Assembly: GCA_965197475.1 (NCBI GenBank)
Contig: CBDANF010000003.1
Coordinates: 3,424,001 to 3,488,000 of the forward strand
Direction of reading: 5' to 3'
Length of the DNA: 64,000 bases
From: Candidatus Poribacteria bacterium
GTDB taxonomy: Bacteria; Poribacteria; WGA-4E; WGA-3G
The notes beneath the pieces were generated by a model. It was not told where the DNA came from and searched no databases. It was given only the letters and a program-made list of their open reading frames with translations. Shown one piece after another: positions 21,672-33,719 of the stretch (its first letter is position 1; each line of letters begins with the position of its first letter). The position numbers were made by a program, and so were the translations under genes.

Positions 21672-22280
21672 TTATTGCACAGTTACTGGTATCGGAATTG
21701 CCGTGAAATCGGGATGGTCGCCGTGCAGCAGTTGAAGTTTGATCGTTGTATTGCCTGCTTTTAGTCCAACGACTTCAAAACTCAACTCATATTCTTCTTC
21801 ACCATGCACATCTTCGGCATGCCCATCCTCTTCGCCTTCTTCCGACATGTGGATTTCAATAATGGTTGAATCGTACTCGGTTATTGCTAAACCAAAGGCT
21901 TCCTCATCACCGTGCTCATCTTCTTCAGCATCAGCAATCTCGTCAAGACGCAATCCTTCCTCATGGCGGTCGAGGAAGATAACTTGTACCTCAATTTCGT
22001 CGTTTTCGCCGAGGGTGATCTCCCCGGTTTGAGATTCTTGAAACTGACGATAGACCTCCACACCATCAACTTTAAGTAAAACACCGTCCGCATCAACGTG
22101 AAGCGTTTCCTCTCCCTCATGGCCGTGGTCATCCTTGATAGGGTTGTCATCTTCACCGCAACCACCGATAAAGGGTAGCATCACGACAAAAGTAAGTAGG
22201 AGTAATCGAGAAATGGCTACAGAAAAGTTCCGTTCAAAAAAGTATATAATCATTATATTCTCCAATTGTTTACGGCACAA
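21672..22280 (-). CDS. His/acidic-rich lipoprotein (start uncertain)
   Basis: Lipobox-like FIGGC followed by DHGHEGEE and EHGDEE tracts. Ends H.DH.DF.A.PIPVTV. Confidence 0.75.
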   Translation of the reverse strand: MCRKQLENIMIIYFFERNFSVAISRLLLLTFVVMLPFIGGCGEDDNPIKDDHGHEGEETLHVDADGVLLKVDGVEVYRQFQESQTGEITLGENDEIEVQVIFLDRHEEGLRLDEIADAEEDEHGDEEAFGLAITEYDSTIIEIHMSEEGEEDGHAEDVHGEEEYELSFEVVGLKAGNTTIKLQLLHGDHPDFTAIPIPVTVQ

Positions 22281-22572
22281 AATACGTGCCTAAAAATTTA
22301 TGACTATCAGCACAAAGTGTGCAGATACAATAATAGATGTATAGGTACAACGATAGCACTTAGGAAGACGCTCGAAAATGTTGCACTTCCTAAACATCCA
22401 TAAACCAGATATGAGGCACAGAAGGAGGACAAAAACAGTGGATACAAAGGCGCGCAAATCTACACAAGAACAGTTGTATCTACACATTGTCCCTCATAAT
22501 GGCTTCTACAAATTCCTACTTCCTGCGCGAAATTATAACTAAAGACAAATTGTATCCTTAGAAATGAAAATC

Positions 22573-22890
22573 TTAGATTGAATTGGAGAATATAGGCGGT
22601 GCCCGACTCTGGATGTTTGCTGTATGGATTAAGGGGAGAAAAACAACTTCGCTTAGTGGAAGCGTTCCACTGCAAAGTATAGGAAGGATTATTGCAATTG
22701 GTTGGATTTCGAACTCGACGTGGGTATTGATGAATACACACGCTACACAACTTTCATCTGAATGTGAAGATTCAGCATGCTCATGCTCATGGTCATGATC
22801 GTGCAGCAGTGGGGTGAAACCGAGCAGTACTACATAACAAACTATCCAAAAAAAAATGAGAATATTAGAAACAAATTTGTCGTGTTTCAA
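22573..22890 (-). CDS. DUF2946-like leader protein (His tract, CxxC, C-terminal RAPP)
   Basis: TM segment, HDHDHEHEH, CVAC and SRAPP. Lies upstream of the lipoprotein and TonB receptor. Confidence 0.75.
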   Translation of the reverse strand: MKHDKFVSNILIFFWIVCYVVLLGFTPLLHDHDHEHEHAESSHSDESCVACVFINTHVEFEIQPIAIILPILCSGTLPLSEVVFLPLIHTANIQSRAPPIFSNSI

Positions 22891-22928
22891 GAATCCGGAC
22901 CTATCGGTAACTGCGTATTATGAAATAT

Positions 22929-22957
22929 ATTATACTATACAAATGGCATGATTTCAA
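22929..22957 (-). promoter_or_regulatory. sigma70 promoter of the metal-uptake locus
   Basis: TTGAAA-17 bp-TATAAT on the minus strand. Confidence 0.6.
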
Positions 22958-23311
22958 TTGTTTTTAAAAGAGCGTGTTAGGTTGGACATCACTTGCGTTC
23001 AACCCAACCTACGACTTAACCTAAATTCATGAAACTTACTGTTCCACCTCAATGATGACTGTTGCGCGTTTTTAAGGTATTAAATATATTATATACTTAA
23101 ATAATATTAAAGTCAAGTTTAATTTTATTAAAGTTGGGGTTATGAAAGATTTTGACGGTGAGGATAGTTCTCAATTAGCCGTTCTCCAGGTCCGGTAGGT
23201 TCGTGGAGTGTCAGGCGTTTCGCGGTTTTCTTAAATTGATATCTATGGGAGATTTTGACAGGATGGCGTTGGAATAGATTATTCAAATGCTGAGTCTTCG
23301 GTCTATCCCTT

Positions 23312-25216
23312 TTAATCAGCAGCAATAGTTTCCAACGGAGGAAGTTCGGGGTAATTACCTCGTGCATTTCGCCATGCGATGACACCTTCAACTATCATCC
23401 AGAGCTGCAATGCCTCAACGACAAGACCGAACCCGAAGAGAAGATATTTTCCTTCAAATAACCAACCCGATTCCGGATTGAACATCTGATATAGCATTGC
23501 CCAAGCAGGCATGAGGAGCATGACTACCATCGGAAGGAAAGCGAACCAGATTGGCTTGTTACGGCGCACGAGATAGAAGACAATCACCATAAAGGCTAAT
23601 CCAGCCAAGAGTTGATTTGTCGCCCCGAAGAGAGGCCAAAGTGTCAACCCACCACTACCTGGACCACTCGGCCCCTGCAGCAATGCCACTGCAGCTGCAA
23701 GCACCAAAGCGAAAGCAGTAGCAATGTAGCGATTAGTTAAAGGTTTAAAATTGGCAGTTTCTGCTAACTCTTGAATAACGTAACGTTGGAGTCGCGTTGC
23801 AGTATCTAATGTTGTGGCAGCGAAACTGGCAACAAGTACAGCCATTATCGAAATGCTCATCTTAAGCGGAATACCGAGGGAGGCAAGGAAATTCCCACCA
23901 CCATCCACGAATGCACTCACCTTCTCTCTGAGATTGTGACTTGCCCAACCTCCGACGACCTTGGTAGTACCATCAGCGTTTGTCACAGTTGTGGTAGTAG
24001 CATATCGCTCTCTCCATGCATCTTGATTAACAACGGGTTGTGTGCTTCCTTCTTTGACGACTGCTTGGAACGTATAACCTCCTGCACTGGCAGGGTCAGA
24101 GGTGCGGGTGAAAATGCCCATGCCGATACCCGCACAGCACGCAATAATAACGACAACGGCAAGTCCACCCTCAAGCAGCATTGCTCCATACCCAACGTAT
24201 TGTGCATCTCCTTCAGATGCGACTTGTTTACTTGAGGTACCGGAACTGACCATGCAGTGGAAACCGCTCACAGCACCACACGCAATTGTGATAAAGAGGA
24301 AGGGCCAAATAGGCGGGGCATCGGGCGGGATGTCTGAAGCTACTGCGGGGGCAGAAGCAAAAAGGTCCGCTTTACCTGTCAATCCTGCAACAGCAAGTCC
24401 AAGCACTAAAAGAACCAATGCTAATACCAATTCATGGCTGTTGATGAAATCACGGGGTTGTAAGAGCGTCCATACCGGTAGCACTGATGCGATGAAGCAG
24501 TAGACAAAAAGAACTAATGTCCAAATTACAACAACGTTCAAGTAGGTTGGTCCCAGCAGAGGTATTCCTAACCATTTTCCTAAGTCAACAGGCAGGAGAT
24601 ATGCACCGAGTGCCATCGCTAGGTACATGACACCGAGTGCAATGATAGAGGGGATGAGGATATTGCCGCCTCGGCGATAAATCCAGATGCCGATCACTAC
24701 AGCAAGCGGAATTTCTACCCAGACAGACAATACTGACTCAGGATAGTAGGAAAATATTAGGGCTATGACCAAGCCGAAGATTGCAAGGACAATAGTCAAG
24801 CCCATAAAAAGTACGAAAAGGAAAAGAAATTTGGCGCGTGGACCGATCATCCGACCAGCTACCTCACCGACGCTTTGTCCTCGATTACGTAGTGAGACGA
24901 CAAGCGCGCCAAAATCATGAACCGCACCAATGAAAACCGACCCGATAACAACCCATAACAACGCTGGCAACCAACCCCAAAAAACAGCGATGGCGGGACC
25001 GACGATTGGACCGGTACCGGCGATGCTAGTGAAGTGATGTCCAAAAATTATCTCTTTTTTGGTAGGAACATAATCAACATCATCTTTAAGTTCTTCACTT
25101 GGAACCTTAGCCTGAGGATCTAAACCGAAAATCTTTCTCGCTAACCACTTCCCATACGTATTGTATGCAACAATAAAGCCGACAAAACTCAAAACAGCGA
25201 TTATCAGTGTACTCAT
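23312..25216 (-). CDS. cstA: Carbon starvation protein A family transporter
   Basis: FGHHFTSIAGTGPIVGP, FITIACGAVSGFH and TTLDTATRLQRY motifs. Confidence 0.95.
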   Translation of the reverse strand: MSTLIIAVLSFVGFIVAYNTYGKWLARKIFGLDPQAKVPSEELKDDVDYVPTKKEIIFGHHFTSIAGTGPIVGPAIAVFWGWLPALLWVVIGSVFIGAVHDFGALVVSLRNRGQSVGEVAGRMIGPRAKFLFLFVLFMGLTIVLAIFGLVIALIFSYYPESVLSVWVEIPLAVVIGIWIYRRGGNILIPSIIALGVMYLAMALGAYLLPVDLGKWLGIPLLGPTYLNVVVIWTLVLFVYCFIASVLPVWTLLQPRDFINSHELVLALVLLVLGLAVAGLTGKADLFASAPAVASDIPPDAPPIWPFLFITIACGAVSGFHCMVSSGTSSKQVASEGDAQYVGYGAMLLEGGLAVVVIIACCAGIGMGIFTRTSDPASAGGYTFQAVVKEGSTQPVVNQDAWRERYATTTTVTNADGTTKVVGGWASHNLREKVSAFVDGGGNFLASLGIPLKMSISIMAVLVASFAATTLDTATRLQRYVIQELAETANFKPLTNRYIATAFALVLAAAVALLQGPSGPGSGGLTLWPLFGATNQLLAGLAFMVIVFYLVRRNKPIWFAFLPMVVMLLMPAWAMLYQMFNPESGWLFEGKYLLFGFGLVVEALQLWMIVEGVIAWRNARGNYPELPPLETIAAD

Positions 25217-25259
25217 AAGCGAAATCCCGACTTTTTATGTAGCAGCTGCAAAAAAACGT

Positions 25260-26429
25260 TTATCGGACTCCAGTTAAAATCTCAAAAGTAAGTTGGTCTA
25301 ACTTTTCGTATCCAAGCCCTTTCTGAGCAATAGTATCCGGTTGGAAATCAATCTTTCTAAGTTTTTCTGTGTTCTCAGCACTATAATTCGCCATAAGTGC
25401 CTCAAGTACAGCATCACCTGCATGCAGTTCAGAGAGAATACCTTGGATCTCAGCGTCTTCATTGAATCGACGCGCTTTTTCTTTCAGAATCAGATAACTA
25501 CGCATACAGCCTGCAGCGAAATCCCAAACACCTTCTTCATCTTCAGTTCGGTAGGCGTGTGCATCAAAGTGTCTATTGCCATCCCAGTTGACATCTTCAA
25601 GAAATTTTACGAGGAAGAACGCGCTTTTTATATTCTCCGATGCAAAACGTAAGTCCTGATCAAAACGGCTCATCTTCTGGTCATTGAGATCAATATGGAA
25701 AAGTTTCCCTGCTTCATAAGCCTGCGCGACACCGTGGATAAAACTCAAACCAGCCATCGTTTCATGAGCGAATTCGGGGTTAACACCAACCATTTCCGGA
25801 TGGTCAAGCGTTTCAATAAAGTGAAGCATATGCCCCGTTGTCGGTAGATAGATGTCACCGCGAGGTTCATTCGGCTTCGCTTCTAAAGCAAATTTGAGAT
25901 CATATTCTTGGTCTTTGACGTAGTACGTGAAGTAGTTCATCGCCTCACGGTTCCATTTTACGGTGTCCGTACCGTTTTTAGCGGCATCTACTTCTGCACC
26001 TTCGCGTCCTCCCCAGAACACATATACTTTTGCCCCAAGTTCAACACCGAGATCAATAGCATTCAACGTTTTCTGAATTGCAAATGCTCTGACCTTTGGA
26101 TCATTTGAGGTAAACGCCCCATCTTTAAAAATTGGATGATAAAAGAGGTTAGTTGTTGCCATCGGCACTTTCATACCGTGATCGGTAAGTGCCTTCTTGA
26201 ATTCACTGACAATTTTGTCGCGTTCAGCAGCTGAAGCATCAAATGGTACCAGGTCATTATCGTGTAAGTTGACTCCGTACGCCCCCAATTCGCTTAATTT
26301 TTTGACGCTATAGGTGGGTTTCAAGGGGGGTCTAACAACGTCACCGAATGGATCACGTCCTGGATTTCCCACGGTCCACAGCCCGAAAGTAAACTTATGC
26401 TCAGGCTTAGGCTGATACTGTTCTGACAT
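25260..26429 (-). CDS. xylA: Xylose isomerase (short, actinobacterial/Thermus type)
   Basis: [31 protein letters not shown] and FHIDLNDQ motifs. Confidence 0.95.
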   Translation of the reverse strand: MSEQYQPKPEHKFTFGLWTVGNPGRDPFGDVVRPPLKPTYSVKKLSELGAYGVNLHDNDLVPFDASAAERDKIVSEFKKALTDHGMKVPMATTNLFYHPIFKDGAFTSNDPKVRAFAIQKTLNAIDLGVELGAKVYVFWGGREGAEVDAAKNGTDTVKWNREAMNYFTYYVKDQEYDLKFALEAKPNEPRGDIYLPTTGHMLHFIETLDHPEMVGVNPEFAHETMAGLSFIHGVAQAYEAGKLFHIDLNDQKMSRFDQDLRFASENIKSAFFLVKFLEDVNWDGNRHFDAHAYRTEDEEGVWDFAAGCMRSYLILKEKARRFNEDAEIQGILSELHAGDAVLEALMANYSAENTEKLRKIDFQPDTIAQKGLGYEKLDQLTFEILTGVR

Positions 26430-26570
26430 TCATTAACTCCTATCGTTTGTCGGTTTGCGTTGGATTATAACATATTTCAATAATTTTAGCAAAATATTTT
26501 TTACTTATCGGCAGGGCAATTTAGTTTCGGTTTTTCTACTATATTTTTCACATTTCTATATAAACTACCT

Positions 26571-26840
26571 ATAGGAGCGATTTGCGGATCGTGACCTATT
26601 ACGCATGGTCGCGATTAGGAAATCGCTCCTACAAAGACGGGTCGTGATTAGGAGGACCCGACACGGTCGCGATCCGCAAATCGCTCCTACAAAGACGGGT
26701 CGTGATTAGGAGGACCCGACACGGTCGCGATCCGCAAATCGCTCCTACAAAGACGGGTCGTGATTAGGAGAACCCGACACGGTCGCGATCCGCAAATCGC
26801 TCCTACAAAGACGGGTCGTGATTAGGAAATCGCTCCTACA
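26571..26840. repeat. REP-type tandem array, ~58-bp period
   Basis: GGTCGCGATCCGCAAATCGCTCCTACAAAGACGGGTCGTGATTAGGAG... repeated about 4 times, plus one inverted copy at 26571. No unique spacers. Confidence 0.9.
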
Positions 26841-27162
26841 GAAGATGATCTGTCTTCGTTACACACCCACCCCAAAATGCCTGTAATAATCCTTTTTTGA
26901 GCAAATTAGGTCCTTTTCAGCGATTTTATCTTGGCATTTGCGTGAGATTTTGGCATAATTAATCATATTAAGTCTATTATTAATTAAAATAAAAATAATA
27001 AGACTTAATAGGATTAACAGGTTCATTTTGAGATTCATAGTTTAGCATTTTAGACCATAAAGCGTGTAACCTGAACTAACCCCTGGATAATTAACGAAAG
27101 TATTGTAAAGAAATTCAAAAATTCTAAATGCCCACGATTGGGCATTTAAGGAGATAAGATCA

Positions 27163-27678
27163 ATGAAAGGATTAGTTTTATTTGCAGCAGTGTTAATCGT
27201 TCTTGGCTCATGTAAAGAATGAGTGCAAATGAAAATTTAACCCGTGTGGCCATTGCCTTCATGAAAATAACCGCACACACCTTTTACATGAGCGTCGTTC
27301 TTTTATCAATTCCATTAACAGTTCAGTCTTCGTTTGTTTCTCATGGCACTAAATATGATCCGATTGCCGGTCGGTATCAAAATGGTATGGTAGGCGAGTA
27401 TCTGCCGAAAACGCTTAAACTGAAAGTTACGAACAACACTACTGGTGTGGCTCTTGAAGGTGTAGAGATAAAGTTTGCAGTCACTCATGCAGTGCTACGC
27501 TGTCACCTCAAGTTACACGTACTAATGAACAAGGAATAGCGGATACCGCGGTGACTGCTGGAAACGTAATCGGTTATTTGACTATTAAGGTATATAAAGG
27601 TATATAAAGTTGAGGGAGGCGAGGCTATAGTTGCAAACTATACTCATTGGATAGTCGGTAGACCGGTCACCGACAGAT
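27163..27678 (+). pseudogene. Degraded exported/lipoprotein gene remnant, cut by IS3
   Basis: AAGGAG RBS, then MKGLVLFAAVLIVLGSCKE*, then frameshifted Ig-like fragments. Confidence 0.5.
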
Positions 27679-28923
27679 TGAAGTGCTACCGTTTATTCAG
27701 ACCAAAATTTAGCAAAGTTAAGACAAGTTTTTTTGCTCAAATTCCACAGGTGTCAAATACCCTAACGCAGAGTGAGGGCGTTTGTGATTATATACTTGTG
27801 TAATAAAATGCCCAATGCGGGCTCTCGCTTCGTGGATGTCCTCATAGTCATTGAGATGAACTTCTTCTTCCTTGAGCGTGCGGATAAGTCTTTCAGCATA
27901 TCCGTTCTCCCAAGGACACCCTCTCCGGGCGACTGAAATCTCAATCCCATGATGCCTAAGCAGTGAGATGGACGCATTTGAAAGATATTGAACGCCTTGA
28001 TCAGAATGATGGATCTCTGGGACATTTTGACATAATGCTGTCTCCAAAGGTTTCAACGTTAGAGATTGCGTCAAGTGTTGACTGATATACCACCCTCTGA
28101 TCATGCGAGTGAAGACATCCATGAGCAGACAAACATAGATAAAGTGTCCTTTGAGGCGGACGTAGGTGATATCGCCCACCCAGACCTGATCACATCGGGA
28201 GACATCAAGGTTTTCAAGGCGATTGCTCCAGGGACGCACACCCGCAACGGATGTCGTGGTTTGACAGACACGCTTGACAGAAACCGAGAGGTTGGCGGAC
28301 TTCATCAATCGGGCAACACGTTTATACCCGATGGTGTATCCGTTACGCACCAACAACTGTGTGGGACGCCTATATCCGTATGTTGGATATAGCAAAGATA
28401 ACGTCTCTATTTCATCCTGGAGGCCCGCTTCACACGGGGCCTGCTTGGGGTGATAATAGAGGTTGCTTCGGTTGAAACCGAGTGTCTCACATATCTGCCG
28501 AACCGAAAAGTCTGTCCGTAATGCCGTAACCATTTCTCGCTGCTCCATCGGGGTTAGCTCAAGTAAGTTGAGGCTTTTTTTTGGATGTCAAGTGCCAGGG
28601 TCAACCGCCCAACGAGTTGCTCAAGTTGGGCGATCCGCTCCGCAGAGGCATCAGACTGTTTATCAGCGGGTTCAAAGAGGGTCGCCGCTTTTTCAAGAAG
28701 CTGTCGCTTCCACTTTGAAAGTTGTTCATCGATGAGGTTATGTCGCCGACACACTTCTGCTTGGGAACTTTCAACGCTGAGAGCCTCAAGAACAACTTCG
28801 GCTTTAAACTCGGGGGTGAAGTTTCTTCGTTTTCGTTTCGCCATCGGATACTCCTTTCAAGGAGATGGATATTATACCATAATCTTGTCTTAGAGAGTGG
28901 CCCGAATTTCCGATGGCAGTACA
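27679..28923 (-). mobile_element. IS3-family insertion sequence, copy 2 (inverted; orfA 28554-28844, orfB 27718-28548)
   Basis: Near-identical to 1267-2511. Confidence 0.95.
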
Positions 28924-29790
28924 ACAATCAAAATGCATAACTTTATACCAGAATTCTACAAGCATTTATTTACAACCCCTTGGAATTCAGGTCTTCCAGG
29001 TGCTACTCAATCTCAAGGAGACTATCCTAGAGGTGTCAAGTCTTTTGAGGTGGTTGATGCCAGCGGTTTCGTAGGTCGTAAATACCTTGCTATTGCAGCA
29101 AGCGGATTAATGGGTGATGATTGGGCAGATCATTCATCAAAAACAAGGAGTCAAATCGACTCTAATTTTACGACGATACGTGCAAATGGAATAACAATTC
29201 AAGAGTATCATGAAATTGATAGTGTTGTAGGTAATGTTATCACTATAAAGTCTCCAACGATGACACCTCTTAATGAAAATTACAGTATCGCGCCCGGTAG
29301 GTTGCAGGAGAACTTTGGATTCGAAGACCTGCATTTTGATACTGCTTTTAATAAGGATTTTGAGCATAATGTTGATCACGGCTGGAATTTCATTAAACTG
29401 TTCGGGGTGTCGCATTCTTGGGTTCGACGTTGTAGATTTTCGAACACAATCTCACCTATTGCACTACAATCCTGTTCTACAGTAACTATATTATCTGTGA
29501 TTATGGATGAGAGATATGGCCATAATTCTATAGGTGGATTAAATGGGACTACAAACTGTTTCTTTGGTTTGTTTGAAGACAATACAAACAAAGGTGCAGG
29601 CCACGGTGCTAGTGCTACAAGTAAATCGGTAGGCTTAGTTTTCTGGGCTAATGGCGGGGATAAAATGACAGGCCCAGATTGCCATGGCGATCAACCACGC
29701 TATACATTATATGATAATTATTTCAGTAGAACACATGAATCAAATAGTGGAGCCGACGATCGTTCGCCTCACCATTTGGACGGTTATTTA
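28924..29790 (+). pseudogene. Internal fragment of a pectate-lyase-like beta-helix (DUF4955-like) protein
   Basis: GFEDL.F, SWVRRCRF and TLYDN pattern. The 5' end is cut by IS3 and the 3' end by IS630. Confidence 0.55.
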
Positions 29791-30697
29791 TAGTAAATCC
29801 CGTAATTACTTATACACTTTTATAATATCATCAATAGAAGTCTGAGCATTGTATTGACGTATCCGCTTGATGTTGGCGAAATCCTTCTCAATCGGATTCA
29901 ACTCCGGTGAATACGGCGGTAAAAACAACAAACTCACACCGCAATCCCGGATCAATGCCGCCGTCTGTGAACCTTTGTGGAAAGACGCATTATCCATAAT
30001 CACAACATGGCTATCGTCAAGCAATGGACACAACATTTCCGAAAGCCAACTGTTGAAGGCGACCGCATCGCAACTGCCCTTGAAAAGCACAGGTGCTGTG
30101 AAACATCCATCAAGCCGTGCCGCAATCAGCGTCGTGGTGGTATACCGATGGCTTGGCACTTTATCTTCAACACGGACACCTTTCGGGGCATAAGCATACC
30201 GACGGAAAGTGGTTTCAGTGAAACCACTTTCGTCAAGATAAACCGGTTTTTTGCCATGCTCCTGTGTCTCTTGTTGAAGTGCCGAAAGATACTCTTGGCG
30301 TTTTATCGGACACTGTTCTTTGTAGGTCGTTGTCTTTTTTTCGCGTAATATTGAGTTTTGAGAAGGCATAAAAGATGCCGTTTGTTGAAACACCGAAGTG
30401 TTTGGCACGTTCGGCGAGTGTGGAATCTGGGAAATCGGCAACATGTTGCTGAAGTGCGTCATAATCAATATCTCGGGGACCTTTGGGTCCCGGTTTTTCA
30501 CAGGCGAAGGGGTCTTCTGCTTCCAACCAGTTATAGATCGTTCTTCTTGAGACACGAAAAGTGCGTTCTGCGGCGGCTTTACTGCCACCATTATTGATGA
30601 AATCAAGCACGCGTTTGCGTCCATCTGTTGAATATGCCATAATCATAAAGGCTAACATAAATCACAGAAAATGTAAACTTATTTTCAGGATCTACTA
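29791..30697 (-). mobile_element. IS630-family element (orfA from 30640, DDE orfB to 29806, joined by a frameshift)
   Basis: MAYS.D.RKRV HTH. YLDESGF, MDNASFHK and LPPYSPELNPIE motifs. Imperfect IRs flanked by TA. A7G slippery run near 30334-30341. Confidence 0.9.
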
Positions 30698-30699
30698 TA

Positions 30700-30821
30700 A
30701 AACTGAGCGCGTGTTGCGCGGTGGTTGGAGTGCTTCACCACAAGGCATCTGCGTTGCCCATCGCTTTCTGCTTTCACCCATGAACACAATCTATGACTAC
30801 GGTTTCCGTTGCGTGCGGTAA
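30700..30821 (+). pseudogene. C-terminal fragment of a formylglycine-generating-enzyme (FGE-sulfatase) domain
   Basis: RVLRGG(S)W....R........GFRCVR*. Confidence 0.7.
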
Positions 30822-30825
30822 CGCC

Positions 30826-31224
30826 TTAGAGGTAGTAACTCCTTTTCTTGTTCTTTCTTCTATAATAAAAATAAACGCCTACCACACCCGCAATTGCACC
30901 GAATACATCAGAAACCCAATCTGCGACCGTAGCAAATCTGCCAGGAACAAAAGTTTGATGCCATTCATCACTTGCCCCGTAGAGAATTGAGATGAGCGCA
31001 GCAGCAACCCATATCCAACCTGCAGGCAGCCATTTTGGTGTAACGTTCACAAACGCTATAGCCAGCAACACACCGAGAATGCCGTATTCTATGAAATGGT
31101 AGAGTTTGTCAATTGTCAGCCACTCAAACTTCGGCATCGGAAGCGGCGGTTGTTCCATAGACGAAATGACAAAAATGAGTGCCATGTAGAGTAAGGGTGG
31201 TGCCCAATATTTCAATTTTTTCAT
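30826..31224 (-). CDS. VanZ-family membrane protein
   Basis: IDKLYHFIEYGIL and YGASDEWHQTFVPGR...D motifs. Confidence 0.9.
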   Translation of the reverse strand: MKKLKYWAPPLLYMALIFVISSMEQPPLPMPKFEWLTIDKLYHFIEYGILGVLLAIAFVNVTPKWLPAGWIWVAAALISILYGASDEWHQTFVPGRFATVADWVSDVFGAIAGVVGVYFYYRRKNKKRSYYL

Positions 31225-31246
31225 AGCAAATTTCGCCAAATCGTCC

Positions 31247-33214
31247 CTATTTTAACGCGTTCAGAATCGCATCCACGTCGTAGACGCAACCACCCCATGT
31301 GCCACCACCAACAGATTGCAATGCTGCCCACAGACGGGTATCGTCAGGTAACGCATCATCCGGTGAGAGGTCGGGGCGCGGTTGCCGTTCTGCTAACGCA
31401 CGTTCCCCCGCAGCCGCACCAAAATGCTCACTGCCATGTCCTACCAGATCAATGCTCCCTTCCAGCCGCAGGGTATCAATCTCAATTTGAATTATGTCGC
31501 CATCAAGCACTTTCCCTATCGGACCACCCGCAAGTGCCTCTGGCCCAACATGTCCGATACAAGCACCTGTTGAGACACCGGAAAATCGCGCGTCCGTTAT
31601 TAAAGCGATTTGCTTTCCAAACGATAGATGTTTGAGTGCTGATGTAAGTTGATATACCTCTTCCATTCCGGTGCCTTGTGGACCACGACAACACAATACC
31701 ATGATGTCTCCAGGTTTCATGTTATTTTTACCTTGACCTTTGAGTGTCTGTATCGCATCAGATTCCCGAACGAACACACGCGCCGGTCCTGTCATCCGAT
31801 ACACGCCATCTGCATCAACAACGCTCGGATCAATGGCAGTGCTTTTGATGACAGAACCCTCTGGTGCGAGGTTCCCGCGTGGAAACGTGACAGTGCTCGT
31901 CAATCCCGCTGCTTTAGCGGTATCTGGACTCAGAATTACTTCATCAGGTGCAACGTTATCCCGTTCTTCAAGCAATTCCCGTACGCGCTGCCGTCGTTCC
32001 GAAGTTTCCCACCAATCAAGATTTCTACCGAGAGGTTCACCTGTTGCTGTCCGCACATCTTCGTTGAGGAGACCTCCCAATTTGCGTAGGTGCAGCATAA
32101 CTTCAGGCACCCCACCCGCAAGAAAAACACGAACTGTGGGATGTCCTACCGGACCATTCGGCAACACATCAACGAGGCGCGGAACTTGTTGATTGACCTC
32201 CGTCCAGTCGTCTACTGTTGGACGTTGCAGTCCAGCAGCATGCGCTATCGCAGGAATATGTAACAGCAGGTTCGTAGACCCACCAAACGCAGCGTGCACT
32301 ACCATCGCGTTTCGAATTGCTTCAGGTGTAACGATATCCTTCATCGTCAACCCCTTTGCGGCTAAATTCACCACTGCACGCGCAGAACGCAATCCCATAT
32401 CCGACCAGATGTTCTGTCCTGATGGTGCTAACGCTGTGTGTGTCAAACTCATCCCTAACGCTTCACCGACAACCTGCGAAGTTGCCGCAGTTCCTAAGAA
32501 TTGACATCCGCCACCAGGAGTAGCACACGCACGGCATCCCATATCCGCTGCATCTTGCAGGCTAATTTCACCGTGTGCGAAACGCGCACCGATTGTCTGA
32601 ATCTTCCCGGCATCCTCGCCTGTCGTCGGTGGCAACGTGACACCTCCCGGAACGAGGACAGCCGGTAATTCTCGCATTGAAGCAAGTGCCATCATCATCG
32701 CAGGCATGCCTTTATCGCAAGTAGCAACACCGACAACACCTTTTCGTGTCGGCAAAGAACGGATGAGTCGGCGAAAAATCTGTGCTGCATCGTTCCGATA
32801 GGCAAGACTATCCATCATACCGACGGTGCCTTGTGTCCGCCCATCACATGGATCGGAACAGTAACCTGCAAACGGAATTGCTGCAAGTTCTTTAAGCTCA
32901 TTCGCGACCGCCTGCATCAGAAGTCCTACTTCCCAATGTCCGGTATGATATCCAAGTGCAATAGGACTACCATCAGGCGCGCGGATACCGCCTTGCGTGC
33001 TGAGAATCAGAAATTCCTCTCGTCGCAGTTCTGTCGGTGCCCACCCCATCGCCGTATTGTGGCTCAAGCCGAAAATATCCCCGCTTGGACGGTTGAGAAG
33101 CATCTCTGGTGTGAGTGGCAGGCTGCCTTCCGGGCCGGCGGCGTGCGTTTGGATGTCGTAAATATCGCTGTCGCCTGTTTCTAAGATGTCAGTGTAGTTA
33201 ATCGGTTTTGCCAT
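31247..33214 (-). CDS. YjhG/YagF-family D-xylonate dehydratase (IlvD/Edd family)
   Basis: [27 protein letters not shown] and [11 protein letters not shown] motifs. Confidence 0.9.
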   Translation of the reverse strand: MAKPINYTDILETGDSDIYDIQTHAAGPEGSLPLTPEMLLNRPSGDIFGLSHNTAMGWAPTELRREEFLILSTQGGIRAPDGSPIALGYHTGHWEVGLLMQAVANELKELAAIPFAGYCSDPCDGRTQGTVGMMDSLAYRNDAAQIFRRLIRSLPTRKGVVGVATCDKGMPAMMMALASMRELPAVLVPGGVTLPPTTGEDAGKIQTIGARFAHGEISLQDAADMGCRACATPGGGCQFLGTAATSQVVGEALGMSLTHTALAPSGQNIWSDMGLRSARAVVNLAAKGLTMKDIVTPEAIRNAMVVHAAFGGSTNLLLHIPAIAHAAGLQRPTVDDWTEVNQQVPRLVDVLPNGPVGHPTVRVFLAGGVPEVMLHLRKLGGLLNEDVRTATGEPLGRNLDWWETSERRQRVRELLEERDNVAPDEVILSPDTAKAAGLTSTVTFPRGNLAPEGSVIKSTAIDPSVVDADGVYRMTGPARVFVRESDAIQTLKGQGKNNMKPGDIMVLCCRGPQGTGMEEVYQLTSALKHLSFGKQIALITDARFSGVSTGACIGHVGPEALAGGPIGKVLDGDIIQIEIDTLRLEGSIDLVGHGSEHFGAAAGERALAERQPRPDLSPDDALPDDTRLWAALQSVGGGTWGGCVYDVDAILNALK

Positions 33215-33353
33215 TGGGTATTCCCTTTCTGGTGCTAGTTGAGAACTTCAATCTTTTGTCGGTATAGACATAAACTTGCTTCTTATTGCAAACGTACTAG
33301 AGGTTAATTTCGTTACGGCAGCGAAAGGTAGATAAAGACTAACAGATTACTTT

Positions 33354-33719
33354 AATTAATTGGTTCTTGGTGCTAATGTCCACCCTCTTTTTGTCGCAAG
33401 TCTAGCAAGTGCCTTCTTTAGTTTATCGAATGTTCTCTTTTTTTGCTATCTGTGTCAAAAATGTCTGTGCGAAAAAAATCAGGGTTTACGATAATTTGTG
33501 AATGGGCGTAGTTTTCTGGATCGGATTTTGGATTGGGGTCGTAAATGGGGTAAAATCTTTCAACTTCGCTCTGTCTACGGACGGTTTTTTACCTATATCA
33601 CGAAAAGCATCGCTACGAATTCGTAGTTTTCCTTCATAATAGATGTACTCTACCCCAAGTTCATTTCGTACGCTTCGATAGAGTTCCTCATCGTCCCATA
33701 CGGGGGCGTTTTTATACAT
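33354..33719 (-). pseudogene. Degraded small protein, possibly an ART-fold toxin
   Basis: E.LYRSV...AF.....SVDR. Other frames continue DPENYAHSQI and FDKLKKALARLA..GW. Confidence 0.45.

Noticed and set aside
26571-26840. Possible CRISPR array
   Set aside because: The intervening sequences are identical rather than unique spacers, the units are GTAG-type REPs, and there are no cas genes.
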